Notes: generated by a model not told the origin, from the sequence alone. DNA of 63,784 nt, filler included, from Intoshia linei (GCA_001642005.1; 6 parts of 6 records of this genome joined end to end with filler, not necessarily neighbours in it), one strand, 5' to 3'. Positions 39,101 to 52,806 are shown, counted from the first letter of the whole stretch. Program-made: numbers and translations.

Positions 39101-41827
39101 ACAAAGTGATTCCTTGTCATTAGGCCACTTTCCAGTAGTTTCCAATTCACAATAAACTAAATATTTACAGAGTAAAACGGATTTTAACGTTGCATAAATT
39201 ATGTTAATTTATTTTTAAAATAAATGTAAAATATTGACATATAAATATAAATTTGTATATAAATGTGAATAGAAGGAGAGATTGTTTAGCACTCCCCTGA
39301 ACAAGGACGGATGTACTCAGGTGGACACAGAAGTCCTCCAAGGCTCCATTTTTTTGTAATTTCAATTTTAAAACAATGAAAAACCTTTAATGGAGTCAGT
39401 AATATTTTTCAAATCTTGAGAATATAAAATGTTGACATGTTCCTAAAAATAATTTAAAAAATAAAAGATAGAGTGGAATCCGCTTATAAGAGACACCGGT
39501 TATAAGGGACAAAAAGCTAAGCACGGAATCAAACGCTTGTTTTGTATATAAATCACAGACGGATAAAGAGACAAAAATCCGCTTATAGTTGTTTGGGACA
39601 GGCAATTTGTTTTTTAAAATGAATATTCAATATTTTTTTAAAATACTTTAATTAATTATAATTAAATTTTTAAATAAGTTTGGTTCAAAAAATTTCCTAA
39701 AAACCCCCCTTGAAAGTTTGGTTAAAAAAAATTTCCTAAAAACCCCCCTTAAAACTTTGGTTTAAAAAAAATTACTAAAACCCAAAATTAAACTAAAATA
39801 TAAATGAAAGTTTTACACATTCTATGAGTTAGTCATAGAATGTGTACATTTTACGACTTATCCATTTTTCAGATATAAGAGACGTCCGGTTATAAGGGAC
39901 AAATTGCTTGGTCCCGATGCGTCTCTTATAAGCGGATTCCACTGTATTTCAATTCTGAAATGCATCAGTTTAAAATTTACGATATATAATATGAAATTAC
40001 AAAGGTTTTCAACAAAATTGAATCAATGGGTAAAACATTTGCAACATTAATACAATTCCATTCATTGGAATTGATTACAATTTTTTTCAAAGCTTTGAAC
40101 GATTGTTGAATTTCATAAAAGAAACTTTCTTCAAGTTTACAAAATTTCACCATTTTCGTAGGTTCCATCTTATAATGGGAAATTTTTAACGAATTATAAA
40201 ACGTTAAAATACTAGACCTTTCAAAAGTATAAAATTTAGCTAAAAGAAAAGCCAAAATATCGGGTACAATACATTTTCTAGAAAATTCACTACCATCTTG
40301 AGCCCATAACACAGATTCACATATTTTACCATCTTTAAACCGACGCATTTCAGACTTTGGAGACCATAATGCTTTAAAATCTTTAATTTCTTGTGGTTTA
40401 TCTAGAGAAGGTCCATTAGTGACTAATTTCTTTGAGTCATCATTAAAAATCAAAGAAATACAAATATCTACATTTTTTAAATCAATGAAATTAATACTCG
40501 AAACTCTGATAAAATTGACCCTATCAGACATTCCTTTGTATAGTAATGTTTCCATTTCTTCACAAAAATGAGTCAGATTATTACTCAACACGTTACTGTC
40601 CATTTCACGTGTCTTGGATAAAATATTGACATGCTTAACAACAAAAGTAGCATCATAAATTGACCATAGATTGATTGGTGTAGAATCTTTATACATACAA
40701 CTAGAGTTTATGAAACGTTTGGAATCTTTGGCAAAATGATTCAATTCGTAGCATAAATTTTTGCGAATATAATACATTAAATTCACTTGAGGTTTAGTGT
40801 CAATTAAAAAAATAAGTGACATATTATCACTTTTATCATTAAATATATTGCAGTCTTCAATATCATCATTGAAATGCAAAAGGGTGTCACTCCATTCAAA
40901 ATTCAAATAATTCTTCATTTTTTCATTAGCACATTCGAAATATTTACAAATTTCATTAATAAACAAAATTTTTAATTGATTTGGAGTGACGTTGTTACCA
41001 CTAAGATTTTTTTTTTCAAAAATTAAAACGAGTATAAACAAAATTTCAATTTTTGATAAAGATTCGCCCAAAAAGTGACGACTGTTTTCAAAATGACAAA
41101 TCCAATTTTCGACAATTTCAACATGTTGTGGTTTCAAATGACATTTTTCGGCCCTAATCGAATATTTTTGTAAAAATGGGAATCTATAAATGTCTTCAAT
41201 TAACGTATTTCTAACAAAATGTAGGTAATTATCGTCAATTTCGTTAACTTTAATGTACTTGAAAGCGAAATTTTTTTCTGTAAATTTTTCTCTACATAAA
41301 GCAGGAAAAATTCTATATATAGTAGAATCGTTTTCAAATTGTAAGCTCAATATGGGCAATAGAATGTTGTTTCGATAAAAATTGTATTTTGTAGAGTTTT
41401 TGACGATATTTTCACAATTTTCCAAGGTTTCTTTAATTACCTCTAAAAAAGCACTTCTCTTGTAAAAATATACAAAATTGCTGACATCAGCAGCATTAAA
41501 TGTAGTTTCATTCATTTCTGCAAACAAATTCACGTAATATTGCCCATTACTACACAAATTTGAATAATATGAATACAATTTTACATTCTGAGGACTCTTC
41601 ACTACGATATTTTTTTCAAAATCCAATTCATGATTAGCAAAATTCCAAATATTTTCATAAATTTCAATATTTGTCGACTCTTTATTTATTAAAATTTTTT
41701 TTTCCTTTATATTGCCAAAAATATTTTTCAATAATTTTATTGTACGGGATATATCGTTGGTTTTCTTTTTGAATTGAGTACACTATTATTTATGTTTTAA
41801 TTTCAATTATATTTTTACCTGGTTCAT
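36199..41827 (-). CDS. NOL6: Nucleolar protein 6 (Nrap/Utp22), ~11 exons; start codon uncertain
   Basis: GPSLDKPQEIKDFKALWSPKSEMRRFKDGKICESVLW, VYCELETTGKWPND, VRIIKRFLAYQML, FMRFLKLMFSFDWKKRTLYVNFN and YTKEKPS all match Nrap motifs. Exons at 41782-40002, 39442-39385, 39156-39002, 37890-37745, 37328-37176, ~37040-36943, 36861-36645, 36604-36482, 36441-36349 and 36286-36199 (approximate) splice in frame with GT-AG. Confidence 0.92.
37938..38430 (+). mobile_element. pogo/Tigger-like left end followed by a ~132-bp direct duplication
   Basis: ta|caggtatccctcggttaacgcg start with repeated ttaacgcg. ggataaaagggtcaaaagaat...acacatataaaaagatac occurs at 38235 and 38367. Confidence 0.5.
38625..38727 (+). 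ncRNA. Candidate Sm-class small RNA of unknown identity
   Basis: GC-rich island with a CACCTCC/GGAGGTG stem enclosing a GAAG/CTTC hairpin, an Sm-type AATTTTTG (38695-38702), then a TATATGC/GCATATA hairpin. Confidence 0.3.
39265..39355 (+). ncRNA. RNU6ATAC: U6atac snRNA (minor spliceosome), antisense within NOL6 intron 39157..39384
   Basis: AAGGAGAGA-TTGT-TTAGCACTCCCCTGAACAAGGACGGA versus human AAGGAGAGA-AGG-TTAGCACTCCCCTTGACAAGGATGGA. This covers the AAGGAGAGA box, AGC triad and ISL. Ends in a T7 run. The 5' end is approximate. Confidence 0.92.
39349..39355 (+). terminator. RNA polymerase III oligo-T terminator of U6atac
   Basis: Run of 7 T closing the GC-rich U6atac body. Confidence 0.75.
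39471..39944. mobile_element. pogo/Tigger-type MITE in a NOL6 intron
   Basis: TIRs gagtggaatccgcttataagagac / gtctcttataagcggattccactg, TA TSDs, internal ccggttataagggacaaa repeats. Confidence 0.9.
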
Positions 41828-42653
41828 TTAGTGAGCTTTGATATATTAGATTTTCAATAATTTACAATTTGAGATTTGGAGAAATGTAGTGTATCTATAT
41901 TATCGCTCAATTAAAAAGATATCAATAATAATTTATCTCAATTTACTGTTAACGAAAAATATAAATTTTTTTACAACTAAACAGAACGATATATATTGCA
42001 TCAAAAAGGAAAAAAACGTGCATCTAATATTTAAGAAAAAAAAATGTTTAAATTTGATTTTGTTGATGGTTATATTAACCCTTCATATAAACTTTTTTGT
42101 AATTGTTTGAGTCGATTTGGACCGAAAACATTGACTAAAATTCGATTCTAATTCCCAATTATGAATCGATTGATTTTTTCTTCAAAGCAATATAGGGCAT
42201 GATGTATTGTACTAAGATAGTTGACTATTAAAATCTGCACCATTAATTAATTAAAAATTATTAAGTTAAAATATTGGTTTAATTATTTTATCGATAAATT
42301 GCAACCCTCAGCCTAGGTCGCGTATGACAAACAAATACCAGGTTAGATAAAAATTGTAGCTTCGATATGCAAATTAAAAAATTTTTTATAATTTATAAAA
42401 ACTAAATACCTGCGGTCCGTCAGATTCAAATAATATAGAAAAATTTTTATCAACTTTAATTTATTTCATATAATTTTTAATATTTATTATATATTTGCCA
42501 GATGTTGGGTATGTTGCCAGAATATTTATTCGTTATATACCTTATTATTTGTCAACCGTTTTTAATATTTTGCTTCTCATAGTTTTGGGTATATCAGTTA
42601 ATCTGATGATTTAAATATATCCAGAGAAGTTCTAAGATAGTTTCGAACAATTT

Positions 42654-42866
42654 CTAGTTTAATATGGATATATATTTAACAGATACTCCTTTTAATGATC
42701 CCTTTGCCTTTCTTTTTCTCTTGTTGGAAGGGTTTTCTATATATCGACGGATTGTGCGATGATCGCGTTCTAAATTTGAAGCTATTTCATTTATCGATAT
42801 TCCATTATCCAATATTTTCAGGATTTTATCCTTTTCATCAACAGTAAGTGATGTTGATTTACCCAT
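42654..42866 (-). mobile_element. Tc1/mariner transposase N-terminal HTH remnant
   Basis: MGKSTSLTVDEKDKI...GISINEIASNLERDHRTIRRYI, truncated. Confidence 0.75.
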
Positions 42867-43091
42867 AATTATCTTAAATTTTAATTAGCATAATAATTTG
42901 GCACACTAAAAATTACCCAAAAATATAAACTGTTAAATACAATGCTTTTTTTGATACAGTAAAGTTTTATATGATAAAAAAATCAATAGAATTAAGTGAC
43001 TACTTTTTTAATTATATTAATTAAACAGGTAGCTACATTATACCTGCAATACAAAATTTCAAATAAATTTTATTGGACTAGTCTTTTAACA

Positions 43092-44424
43092 TTATGTTAA
43101 TGGTGGACCTATATCCAAAGTGTTATCATCTGGAAATCTGTGTTCAGGTACTTCAAGGTTTAGCGGAGCGGGTCCTTGTCGAATTCTTCCAGATGTATCG
43201 TAATGTGATCCATGGCATGGGCAAAAGTAGCCATGATAGTCACCCTTTCCATATAGCGGTACGCAACCTAAAAATTGATTAGGAAATCACTTGAAATTAT
43301 AAATTCGAGAATAAATAAATAGTTTCTTCAGTTTATAATTTAGGGATAATCAAAAAGCTCCATGTGGACCTTTGGTTTATAATATTAAATGGTGTGCGCC
43401 CTCGAATATAATATTGTTAATAATTTTTTTTGGTAACTAATATGAAGCACTAATTATACGAATACTGTAAAAATGAACACAATGATTCTAATAGCGACTA
43501 AATTAAATAAAAAAGAATTTTTACCCAAATGAGTGCACACAGCTAAAGTCACAAGCCACTCTGGGCGAACGATTCTATCATCATCGTGTTCTGGGTCGCG
43601 TAGGGCTTTTAAATCCATACTTCGAGCCTAAATGCACATATTATGTATTGTAAAATAAATTTATAAAAATGTTTACTAATTCAATTTGAGCAGGGGTTCG
43701 GTGATGAACAAAAACTGGTTGATTCCTCCAGGTAACAGTAATGCATTTCCCTTCTTTAATTTCACTAATATCAATCTCTGAATTGGAGAGGGCTAATATA
43801 TCTCCAGGTAAATTAAAACTGGAAGCTACGGCTCGTAAACTATTTTTGACAACATAAATTGAAGGTAGGGCGATTGCTAACAATGTTGACAATTATAAAA
43901 AATAAATAAATTACCAGCACTCGCAACGGATGCTAAAATTTTTTTAGATTCATTAGTAACACTAGTTTGTTGATTAGGATCAAGACAATCGGATCGTCTG
44001 TGTTCGTCAAAATTTGGAGTAATAATATCATTATGGTATTTACGTTCTATTAAAAAGTTTTAATATAATTGTCGTTGAATTAAAAAACAATAAAACCTCC
44101 ATAACACGTGTTGTAAGCTGAACACGTTAATAACATGGTTGCGTTTTTGAATCCACAGACAGAATATCGTGCACCATTAACAAAAGTATTTCTAGTCAAC
44201 GGTGTAACTTTTTTCATACGTCTTTCGATAACTCTTCCGCTATACGGCATTTCGTTGCGTTTATTAAATGTTGGTGACAAGTTAATACTTTGAAATTTTG
44301 AAAACCCATTCTTACAATTTGAAACGGAAACATTTTGACATTCTTTGGATAAAATTCGAAATTTATATGTCACATTTCCAATTTCGAAAATGTTGAATGT
44401 TTTTCTACAGTTATTCCTCAGCAT
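43092..44424 (-). CDS. UQCRFS1: Cytochrome b-c1 Rieske iron-sulfur subunit, mitochondrial, 5 exons
   Basis: [90 protein letters not shown]. Confidence 0.97.
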
Positions 44425-44904
44425 TGCCGTATATCAAGATTGATTTATCTATATAATTTACTATAGTTTCAGATTGTATTAAGTTTAATTTAAACAGTTT
44501 ATATCGTTACATACAATAAATTGCAGTACTAAATTGTATATTTGCATGTTTTCAAATATTTAAAGTTTTGTTTTATCTATCGAAACTTAATTATACATTT
44601 TAGTATAATTTGTATTAATTGGACGCAACTATTTTACGTATATTTTTATCTAAACATTTACATTATTTTTCACTTGACGATTTATCTATAATTACAACCA
44701 TGTCAAACTAGAACTCGTTTCAAATTCGATGACGATTTATCAAGAAATAATTTTTCAGTGGAGATTATAATTTTTTTTTGCAATTAGAATATTTTTAAAA
44801 AGACCACTTGAAAACGAATACACATTCGTTGTAATGCCGCATTACTAATGCGTTCCGGCATGGTTTTGAGTTGGACATTTATTGTATTGTATTATTTTAG
44901 ATAT

Positions 44905-47900
44905 ATGTACCGAAAAACTCAGCCCGTAGTGTCGAAAATGGAAAACCTTCCAATTTTTGATAATCAGAATAAAGTTGAAAATTTGCAAATCAAAAATCTA
45001 GTTATACAAGAAGAGGTTCATGATAATACAAACCAAAAAAATAATGATAGCCCACTTGAATCTGTTTCTGAACTTACACCATTGCAAAAAGAAGAAAATG
45101 GAATTCAAGGTTTTTTTATTTTTTTAGTAATATTCTCTTTTAAAAGCCGAATTAATGAAAGGTTTTATGCGACTTAAAAATATTTTAGGTTTATAAATTA
45201 CTATGAGTTATTAAAATAAAAGATATGTCCAAAAATATAATTAATTACCATTTTCCAGAATTCATGAGGAAAAATCCCATTTTACCAAAACTTAACGAGA
45301 AAACCTTAATCCAACTCTAAAAGAAAAATCAAATTTTTTTATTTATTACGTTTTTTTAATATTTTTTTAAAAAATACAATTCTACCAAATCTTAAGAAAA
45401 ACCACTTAATCCAACTCCAAAAGAGAAAATCCAAATTTACCAACGCTTAAGAGAATTATCCAATTTATAATATTTGTTTTTAAAATTACAACTTTACCAA
45501 ATGTAAGCAAAAAAACCACTTAATCCAACCTAAAAGAAAACCCTATTTTACCAATTTTTAAAGGAGAAATCCATTATTTCTAATTTTTTTGAAAATAGCC
45601 TGATTAAAAATATACATAACATTTACATTGAATGTAATAAATGTAAATATATAAAATGATGATATTAATATTTTAGGGGTCCGTGATAAATAATTTAAAT
45701 TTTTAACTTAATTATTTGACGTTTTTTTAAAATATCAAGTTTTTTTTAAGATTTGAAAATCAATAAAATATTTACCGTAACTATTTTACCGATAATTTAC
45801 GGGTAAAGTTTAGTGATTGTGCCGGGACAAAATTCCCGGGATATTTAATAATTTCAGGGAATTAAATTTCCCAAGATTTCCCAAAAAAAATTGAGACATA
45901 ATTGTATTTGATTTAAGTTTGTTATTATTATGAAAATATGATTATATAATATTTAAAATTTACTATTTAAAAAATCCCACCACTAATAAAATTTAATCAA
46001 AAATACCATTTCAAGCCCTCATGGAAAAATTGACTTACACCAATATTTTTTTTAAAATCCGATTTTACTAAATATTACGAAAAAAATCCCCTTTATCAAA
46101 CCACAAATAAAAAATCTAATTTTCCAGCCCTTTGGATCCCATGGAAAAATATACTTTTTCCAATACTTTTTTTAAAAACCTCTTATTTCAACCACAAATT
46201 ACTAACGCTTAATGGAATTATTTTTTTTTTCCAATATTATTTTGAAAAATATTATGAGTTGTTACGAACTAGAACGCTATCATCAAGATTGTTAAAATTA
46301 AAGGAAGCCCTTATGACCGTTCATCCTACCTCAACACAAAATGAAAGAAATTTTTCTACTGCTTTTAATTTCGCTACGAATTGTAGAACGCGTTTAAAAG
46401 ACGAATCTATAAATATTATATGTGTTTTGAAACACTTTTTCAACAATCTAATTAAATTTGTAAATTTCAATCTAGATTTGTGTTATTTTATTAATTAAAT
46501 TTTTTTTTGTTTTTAAAATTAATTAAGGTTTATAAAATTTTTAATGCTTCTATATTATATAGGAATAAAAAATTTTTATTTTTCCCGGAAAATTCCGGGG
46601 ACCCGAGAAATCTAAATTAATAATTTACTGGTTCTTGACTTTTGTCATTTCCGGGAAATCACAATCATTAGTAAATTTATATTGATTGTTTATCTTAGTC
46701 CGTAAGGTATTCCTTTTAAAATTATTTTAAATGTGTCTATATAATTCCATTTAGAAAAGGAAATTGTGAAATTTACTATAGAAAATGGTCAAAACGAAGC
46801 AAAAGTAATTGATATTCCAAAAAATATTATAGAACAAGACCCAAATACACCTCCAATAATAGAAAAGATTGGTGTATTTATTAATAGTGACACAACAGCT
46901 GAATTTGCTATGATTTGTTCATTTATAGAACAGTTTTCAGTGTCAGCTGAGCTGCCTGATTTGACAAATTTTGTAGAATTACGATCAATTTTAGAAGAAT
47001 CAACAATCAATGAAAGATTGGTTATTTTTCTTCTCCATTTGATTAAAAAGATTAGAAAAGTAAACATTAGTGTTTCGAAATGGCAGCTTAACTTGAAAAG
47101 AATTGTTCAGCACAATATGCCACATTTTACGAAATTAATTGAAAAACAACTATTCGAAAATTTACCATTATTAAAAAAACTATGCATAATTCGTGGAATG
47201 ATGGAGTTATTATTCACCAGATATAAAAAATTTGCAAACATTTTAAATTTAAATAAAGAGAAAATAAAATCTTTGCCTATGGGTCGAGATTTATATGGAA
47301 ATTTATATTGGGTCATGGTTGACAATCAGAGGAATTTGTTAATTTTTAAAGAAAATATTAACTTTTCTATTGAAATTGTGTGTAATTCAATGTTTGGTTT
47401 GGATTTCTTGGTTAAGGAGATTAAATTTCAAACTTTTAAATCTGATCCATTCTTTAAAATCGTTTCATTAAACTCTGATGATGAAAAGGTTTTGGTGAAT
47501 GTGAAAAAAGAAAAGGAAAATGGTGTAAAAAAGAAGATTAAAAAACAAAACAATGTTAAGGAAGAAAAATTGAAGTTTGATTCCAAAAATATCCCAGAAT
47601 TGAAAATTAAACTGGAACCACCAAATTTAGAAAATTTAACCAAAAAAAAAATATTGATTGAAAAGGTTGACAAATCTGAAGAATCTAAAAAAATTAAAGA
47701 GTTAAAAGAAATTGTACCTGTGAAAACTGAACCGAAAGATAAAATTACAGTAAAAATTGAAAAACCAAAAACTACTAAAGAACTGACACGAGAAAGTATG
47801 CCAAGATCAAATGTCACTCGTAGGTCTGTACGACTGGCAGCATTGAAGACTGTAGAAAATCCAATAGAATCTCCTCTTCCACCCAAAAAAAAAACGAAAC

Positions 47901-50900
47901 AGAAAATCTTATTAAAATCACCATCTAAACCAAAACAATTAAAACGCGACATTTCTTTCTCAGAGTCTGAACTAAACGAATCAGATTCAAGTGCTGAGCG
48001 CTACGCTACTAATAAACGTTCAAACAAACACAAGAAAGGTTTATTAAATTTTAGGAATAGAATGAAACATTTGAGAGACAAAAATATTATAGAATTTTCA
48101 AAAAGTAGTACAAGTGATGTAAAGGTTGTTTCAAAACCCAAACAGTTACATCGTTATGGAAGGCCGGTTTGGCTGAAAATGCTTGAAGATGAATATCTTG
48201 AAAATGACGCTAGATATCAAAATCATTATGATTCTTCCGATCACGATTCCTTTAAATGTGATAGTGATTTTGATTTTGATTCCCAAGTTTTGGATGTTAA
48301 TGTATCCAAGTTTGTTTATAATTCTGAAAGAATTGATCAACTTTTGTATGAAAAATTACATTGTATTGATGATTACAATAAAAGTATCGAAAGTTTATGT
48401 TGTAACAGGTGTGATAGATTGGAAAAACCTTTGACAATTATTATTTGTGATACATGTAAAGATATGTATCATATGAAATGTATTCAACCTATTTTACATG
48501 TTGTACCATCCGAGTATTGGATTTGTCAAAATTGCGATCGGGTATTTATTTTTTTTAAATTTTATTTTTCATCAACTTTTTTTTCAATTTAAATTTTGTA
48601 TTTTTGATTAGTTCTTTAAATATATATTATCATTTAAACTTGAAAATAAACATTAAAAAGTAAATATTGCATTTATATAGAAAAAATTACAGGTATAACA
48701 TTGATAACCTATTTCAAACTTATATTTTATTAAAATTTTTTAATATTTTAAAAATAATATTGTCACTTTCACATTTTAATTGATATTTATGGTTTTGAGT
48801 GGTTTCTACTTTTTTTTATATTATTTATCTCATGATTCCTTGAAAATGGTGCAAGTTTACTACATTCGTGTTTTTATGATTTTTAGAGATTTATCTGACA
48901 AGTATACAATATTCTAATTGTATTTTAGAATTTGCTGATTCAAAATTTAAACCACTTTTCAATGTCTGTGAACGAAACTACTCGAAAAGCAAATATTATG
49001 AAAAAGAGGTATTTTAATTTTGTTTGTTTTGTAGTGATAATTCCAATACCTACAGAGGTATATTTATTTTGTATTCTTTACAATTTTTCTGTTTCAGTTT
49101 ACATTCTTATTTCTAGAAAAGCACGACTTGAATTTGTTCAAATGAGTATGGAGAATTTGGTGGTATTTTTATATTTTAAAAGTCTATGACTGTTTTTTAG
49201 CCTAAAAAGATTAAAAAACCAAATAAAGAGTACTTGTTTGATGATGATTGTGTCATGCGTTCCAATAGAGTTAAGAAGCAAGTCAATTATAAATTTGATG
49301 ATTATGATAAGATGATTGATTCTGCTTTAGGTTTTTTATTTTTCATATTTATCTATTAAAGTTTTTTTAGATCAACCCGTCAAATCTAATTCTAATGTAA
49401 ATTACGGACATGGTAAAGTTGAGCGTGAATTAAGTGACAAGGATACTGATTATAGAGGAAAATCGTAAATTTTTTATATATTGGATTGTAATATTTGAAC
49501 CGGCGGGGAACACGTTGAAACTATAATCAAATTTCGAAAATAATTAGTTTTATCCCTGACTATGTATAAATTTAAATTAGCAAGGGTGGAGTCCACGGAT
49601 GATTTTAATTGTTGATATTTTAAATTTTAGGATTTGTTTTTGCTAAAGTACTGCAAATCTAATATTAATAGTTGAGACAGTTATTATTAACATTTTTTAT
49701 TTACAAATAAACTAGAAAAACAACACATTTTTTAATAAAAAATTGATCTAATGATAACGTTCATGATTTTAAGAACTATCCTAGAGTTTGGGTTATAAAA
49801 TTTAAAAAAAGGTTTGTATTTATCGCGTCAGTATTTTAATTCGTAAAATGTCAGTATTTTAGATGGTTTGTCAGTATAAATAATTGATTGTCAGTATTTA
49901 AATTTGAAGGGCAGTAAAAAAAATTATTTTGTCAATTTTTATGTAATTCAATACTGACAATTTTTTATTAAAATACTTCCCTTAAAAAATGATATTTTGT
50001 GGTTTGGACATAAAGGTTCCAATTTTTGGGTTTAAAAACTAACTTTTAATTTTTGTTTTTGAAAGTTCTAAGACTGATTTTTAGCAACTTTTACTTCATA
50101 TATTAATTTAATTTGGCCTTAATTCCCAGTCTATGTACGTTCAATGTACGCTGCTGATCCTCACTATAATACCAAAATCACATTTAGTTATATACGCCTT
50201 GCATAAAAGTTTTAGAATCCCTCTTAAAGAGGTTATAACAAGAAGACTAAATGTTGAATTTTCTGCAAATATATATTTTTTAATAATTTTAAGCTGATGT
50301 TTTGAACCTCCCCGGCCGTCGAGTCAAAACTGGTTTTGTCGGTATATTATAGTTAAATGTCGCATTGTAAAAAAATTATAAATTCACCGAAAAAAATATT
50401 AAACTCATCCAAATGGCGCTCACATCAGCTTCAGCGACCCTGCAATAAATCATGAAACTAATGTATTGTATTTAATATTTTTATTATTTAGTGACTGCGA
50501 ATCAACAAGTAGTGAAAATTCATTCGACAGTTATAGATGTTCTCTCCGAACTAGGCGTCCCATTATCGATTTTATTAGTATGGGAAAACATTTAATATAA
50601 ATTAAAAATATACATAGACGACAACAGCGAAGACGACGTATACGACCCTAAGGGAAGTCGTCGAACCAAAAAAATAAAATCTCGAAATACTCGTCGCACT
50701 AGAAGGAGAATCATTGAAAGCGAAGAAGAACCAATGTCAGACTTATCTAATGATTCTTCCGTGAGTAGTAAAATGAGCCTGCACGACAGCACTGAAAATT
50801 CTGCAGCAGGCACCAAACATTACAATTTTCAATATAATTTAATTTAGAATCTGAAAAACATTCTACCATCGAAAAAACGCAATCAGATGCACACTCTCAA

Positions 50901-50990
50901 GTATCAGACACATCAAACATGTCTGGCATCTCCAAACAAAAAAAAAGAATAATTTCCGAATCTGAGGAAGACGAAAAAAATGAAATTTAG
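44905..50990 (+). CDS. RSF1: Remodeling and spacing factor 1-like (DDT/WHIM + PHD), ~9 exons; start uncertain
   Basis: EFAMICSFIEQF, PMGRDLYGNLYW (WHIM), PHD CNRC...IICDTCKDMYHMKCIQPILHVVPSEYWICQNC, RLEFVQMSMENL and RSNRVKKQVNYKFDDYDKMIDSA match RSF1. Main exon 46755..48541. Confidence 0.88.
45250..45600 (+). repeat. Degenerate ~100-bp tandem repeat in an RSF1 intron; related sequence at ~45970-46240
   Basis: Recurring aaaacc(a)cttaatccaac...aaagaaaa and ttttacca units. Confidence 0.6.
45811..46670 (+). mobile_element. Internally deleted hAT element retaining the C-terminal dimerisation domain
   Basis: TIRs tagtgattgtg / cacaatcatta, 7/8 TSD gtaaagtt/gtaaattt, subterminal cccggg motifs. ORF 46259..46498 LMTVHPTSTQNERNFS...RTRLKDESI. 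Confidence 0.85.
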
Positions 50991-51243
50991 ATAAATTTAT
51001 ACTTGTAAATTGTTTCTGTAATTTAATTATTTATATAATTTTGTAAAAATAGATTGATGATTAAACGTTTTTTATGTTTTATTTCAATGTAAATTTACTA
51101 ACGAATTTGGATTATTATCGACATTAAATATCAAAATTTGTTCAATATGTTCAATATCAACTTGTAAACAATTATTGGAAAATTATACAAGATGCATTCT
51201 TTGTGCAACTTTATTTTTGTCTACATGAAAAATTTTTAAAAAT

Positions 51244-52806
51244 ATGAGTGAAAACAGCATTGAACGGTCAAGGTTGACCCAGAATATTAAATTGATTACC
51301 AAAGGATTAATAAACAATTTCAATTCATTTAAAATTAATAAAAAAATGAAAAATATAGTATTAACGAAATACGATCGTATCTTTTTGTGGAAATTTGTTG
51401 CGGAACTGACCATGACAGACAACGTTAATTTGCAATACAAAGCAGCTTTTAAAATTGCCAAAGAAAAACCCAATGAATATCAAAATAAATTTGGTAATTT
51501 TTATATAAACATAAATAAAAATTCAAAGCATCTTACAGAAGGCTGATGGATCGAAAATGGTTAAAGTTGGCTAAGACGGAGGCGTTCGTCGGTGAAGGTG
51601 GTTTAATTGAAAATGCTACTTTGATTGAAGAAATTATCATAATAGAAAGACCAAATATTACGTATTGTCCAGAATTGCATGTTACTTCGATATTGTTGTG
51701 TCAACATTTAGAACCACAAAATTCTTATTTGATTTTAACCAGACTTTTTAATAAGTCTTTGATCAATGAATCTCATATTACTTATTTAAACGGGATTTAC
51801 GTTTTAATTGAAATTATCAAAAAATATTGCAGGGTATTTTATTTTCATTTTTCTGTACAACGGTTTGTTTAGAATAAATTGGCTAAAAAAATTATTCTAT
51901 TCAAGGATAATAGCGAAACTTTTTTTCTCAATTGGAAGTTTTGGGTTTTCAATTTACCCCAAAATATTTTGGTATTCATGATTATGCAAGTTTAATACCA
52001 TTTGTAATTTTTATTTTAGTTGTATCTAATGGATCGTCTCATTTTAAAAGGCATCAAATGCTTGTACAAAGCTTGTATTGTTATTTTAATTCTTTATTTT
52101 AAAACAAGTAATCTTAAGAATGTATATAATAGAGCCCTACAATGGGCAATAAAGTAGCCTAGAGTGAAGTGGTTCTTAGACGTAAAACTCATCATTGCCA
52201 ATATTTTATTGTTGTCGGTGACTACATTTTTTAATATTAATCAATTTCAAATAATCAAATGATTAATAATTTAATTAAATTTTTTAGTGTGTGGTAATGT
52301 TTTGAAGTGTATAAATCGAATTTTGACGTGATTAGATTGAAATTGAGTTTAAAATTTAAAGGAATATTCATAGTAAATTATTAATTATAACATTTTACTT
52401 GGGAAACCACCCTTGCAAGGCTTGGGCCATGCTTCATTAATTTGCAATAATTATTTTCATTATTACAGATTCAAAAAGTGTTCAAAATGTGGTTGATGAT
52501 GATATCGTTGAATTTGTCAATGTGTACAATTGGGAATTAAATAAATTTATCAAGGTAAATGTAGAAAAATAATGTTATCAATTATTTCCTCTTCAAATAT
52601 TTTTTTTATTTTTATTAATAATCTAGGTTTACAATTCAATTAATTCATTTTCGCGGCGTGATATTTTAAAAATTTCTCTAGTTTTTTTTAAAAAAGCTAA
52701 AACGAAAGATTATGAAATTTTGTTGGATAAAGGATTGAGTGAAGTTAGTGTTATGTGTACACCCCCCTTCCCCCGACAAAACCTTAGAGCACATGTATTA
52801 TATTGA
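51244..52806 (+). CDS. TBC1D24: TBC1D24/Skywalker-like TBC-domain protein, 6 exons visible; may continue into the gap
   Basis: RPNITYCPELHVTSILL...LINESHITY...IIKKYC...FFSNWKFWVFNLP...MDRLILKGIKCLYKACIVIL versus human FPDISFCPALPAVVALL...LIDQSFLAF...LVNKYC...YADWQRWLFGELP...[20 protein letters not shown]. Intron 51494-51528 joins the two listed ORFs. Confidence 0.8.

Noticed and set aside
47428-47952. 174-aa minus-strand ORF and other antisense ORFs (998-1240, 7906-8121, 10281-10613, 46789-47067, 50592-50816, 62369-62563)
   Set aside because: Shadows of real genes or transposases on the opposite strand, with no independent motifs.
51539-51548. Overlapping TGA/ATG between ORFs 51244-51546 and 51546-51872, resembling translational coupling
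   Set aside because: Explained by a 35-nt GT-AG intron (51494-51528) that fuses them into one TBC-domain frame.
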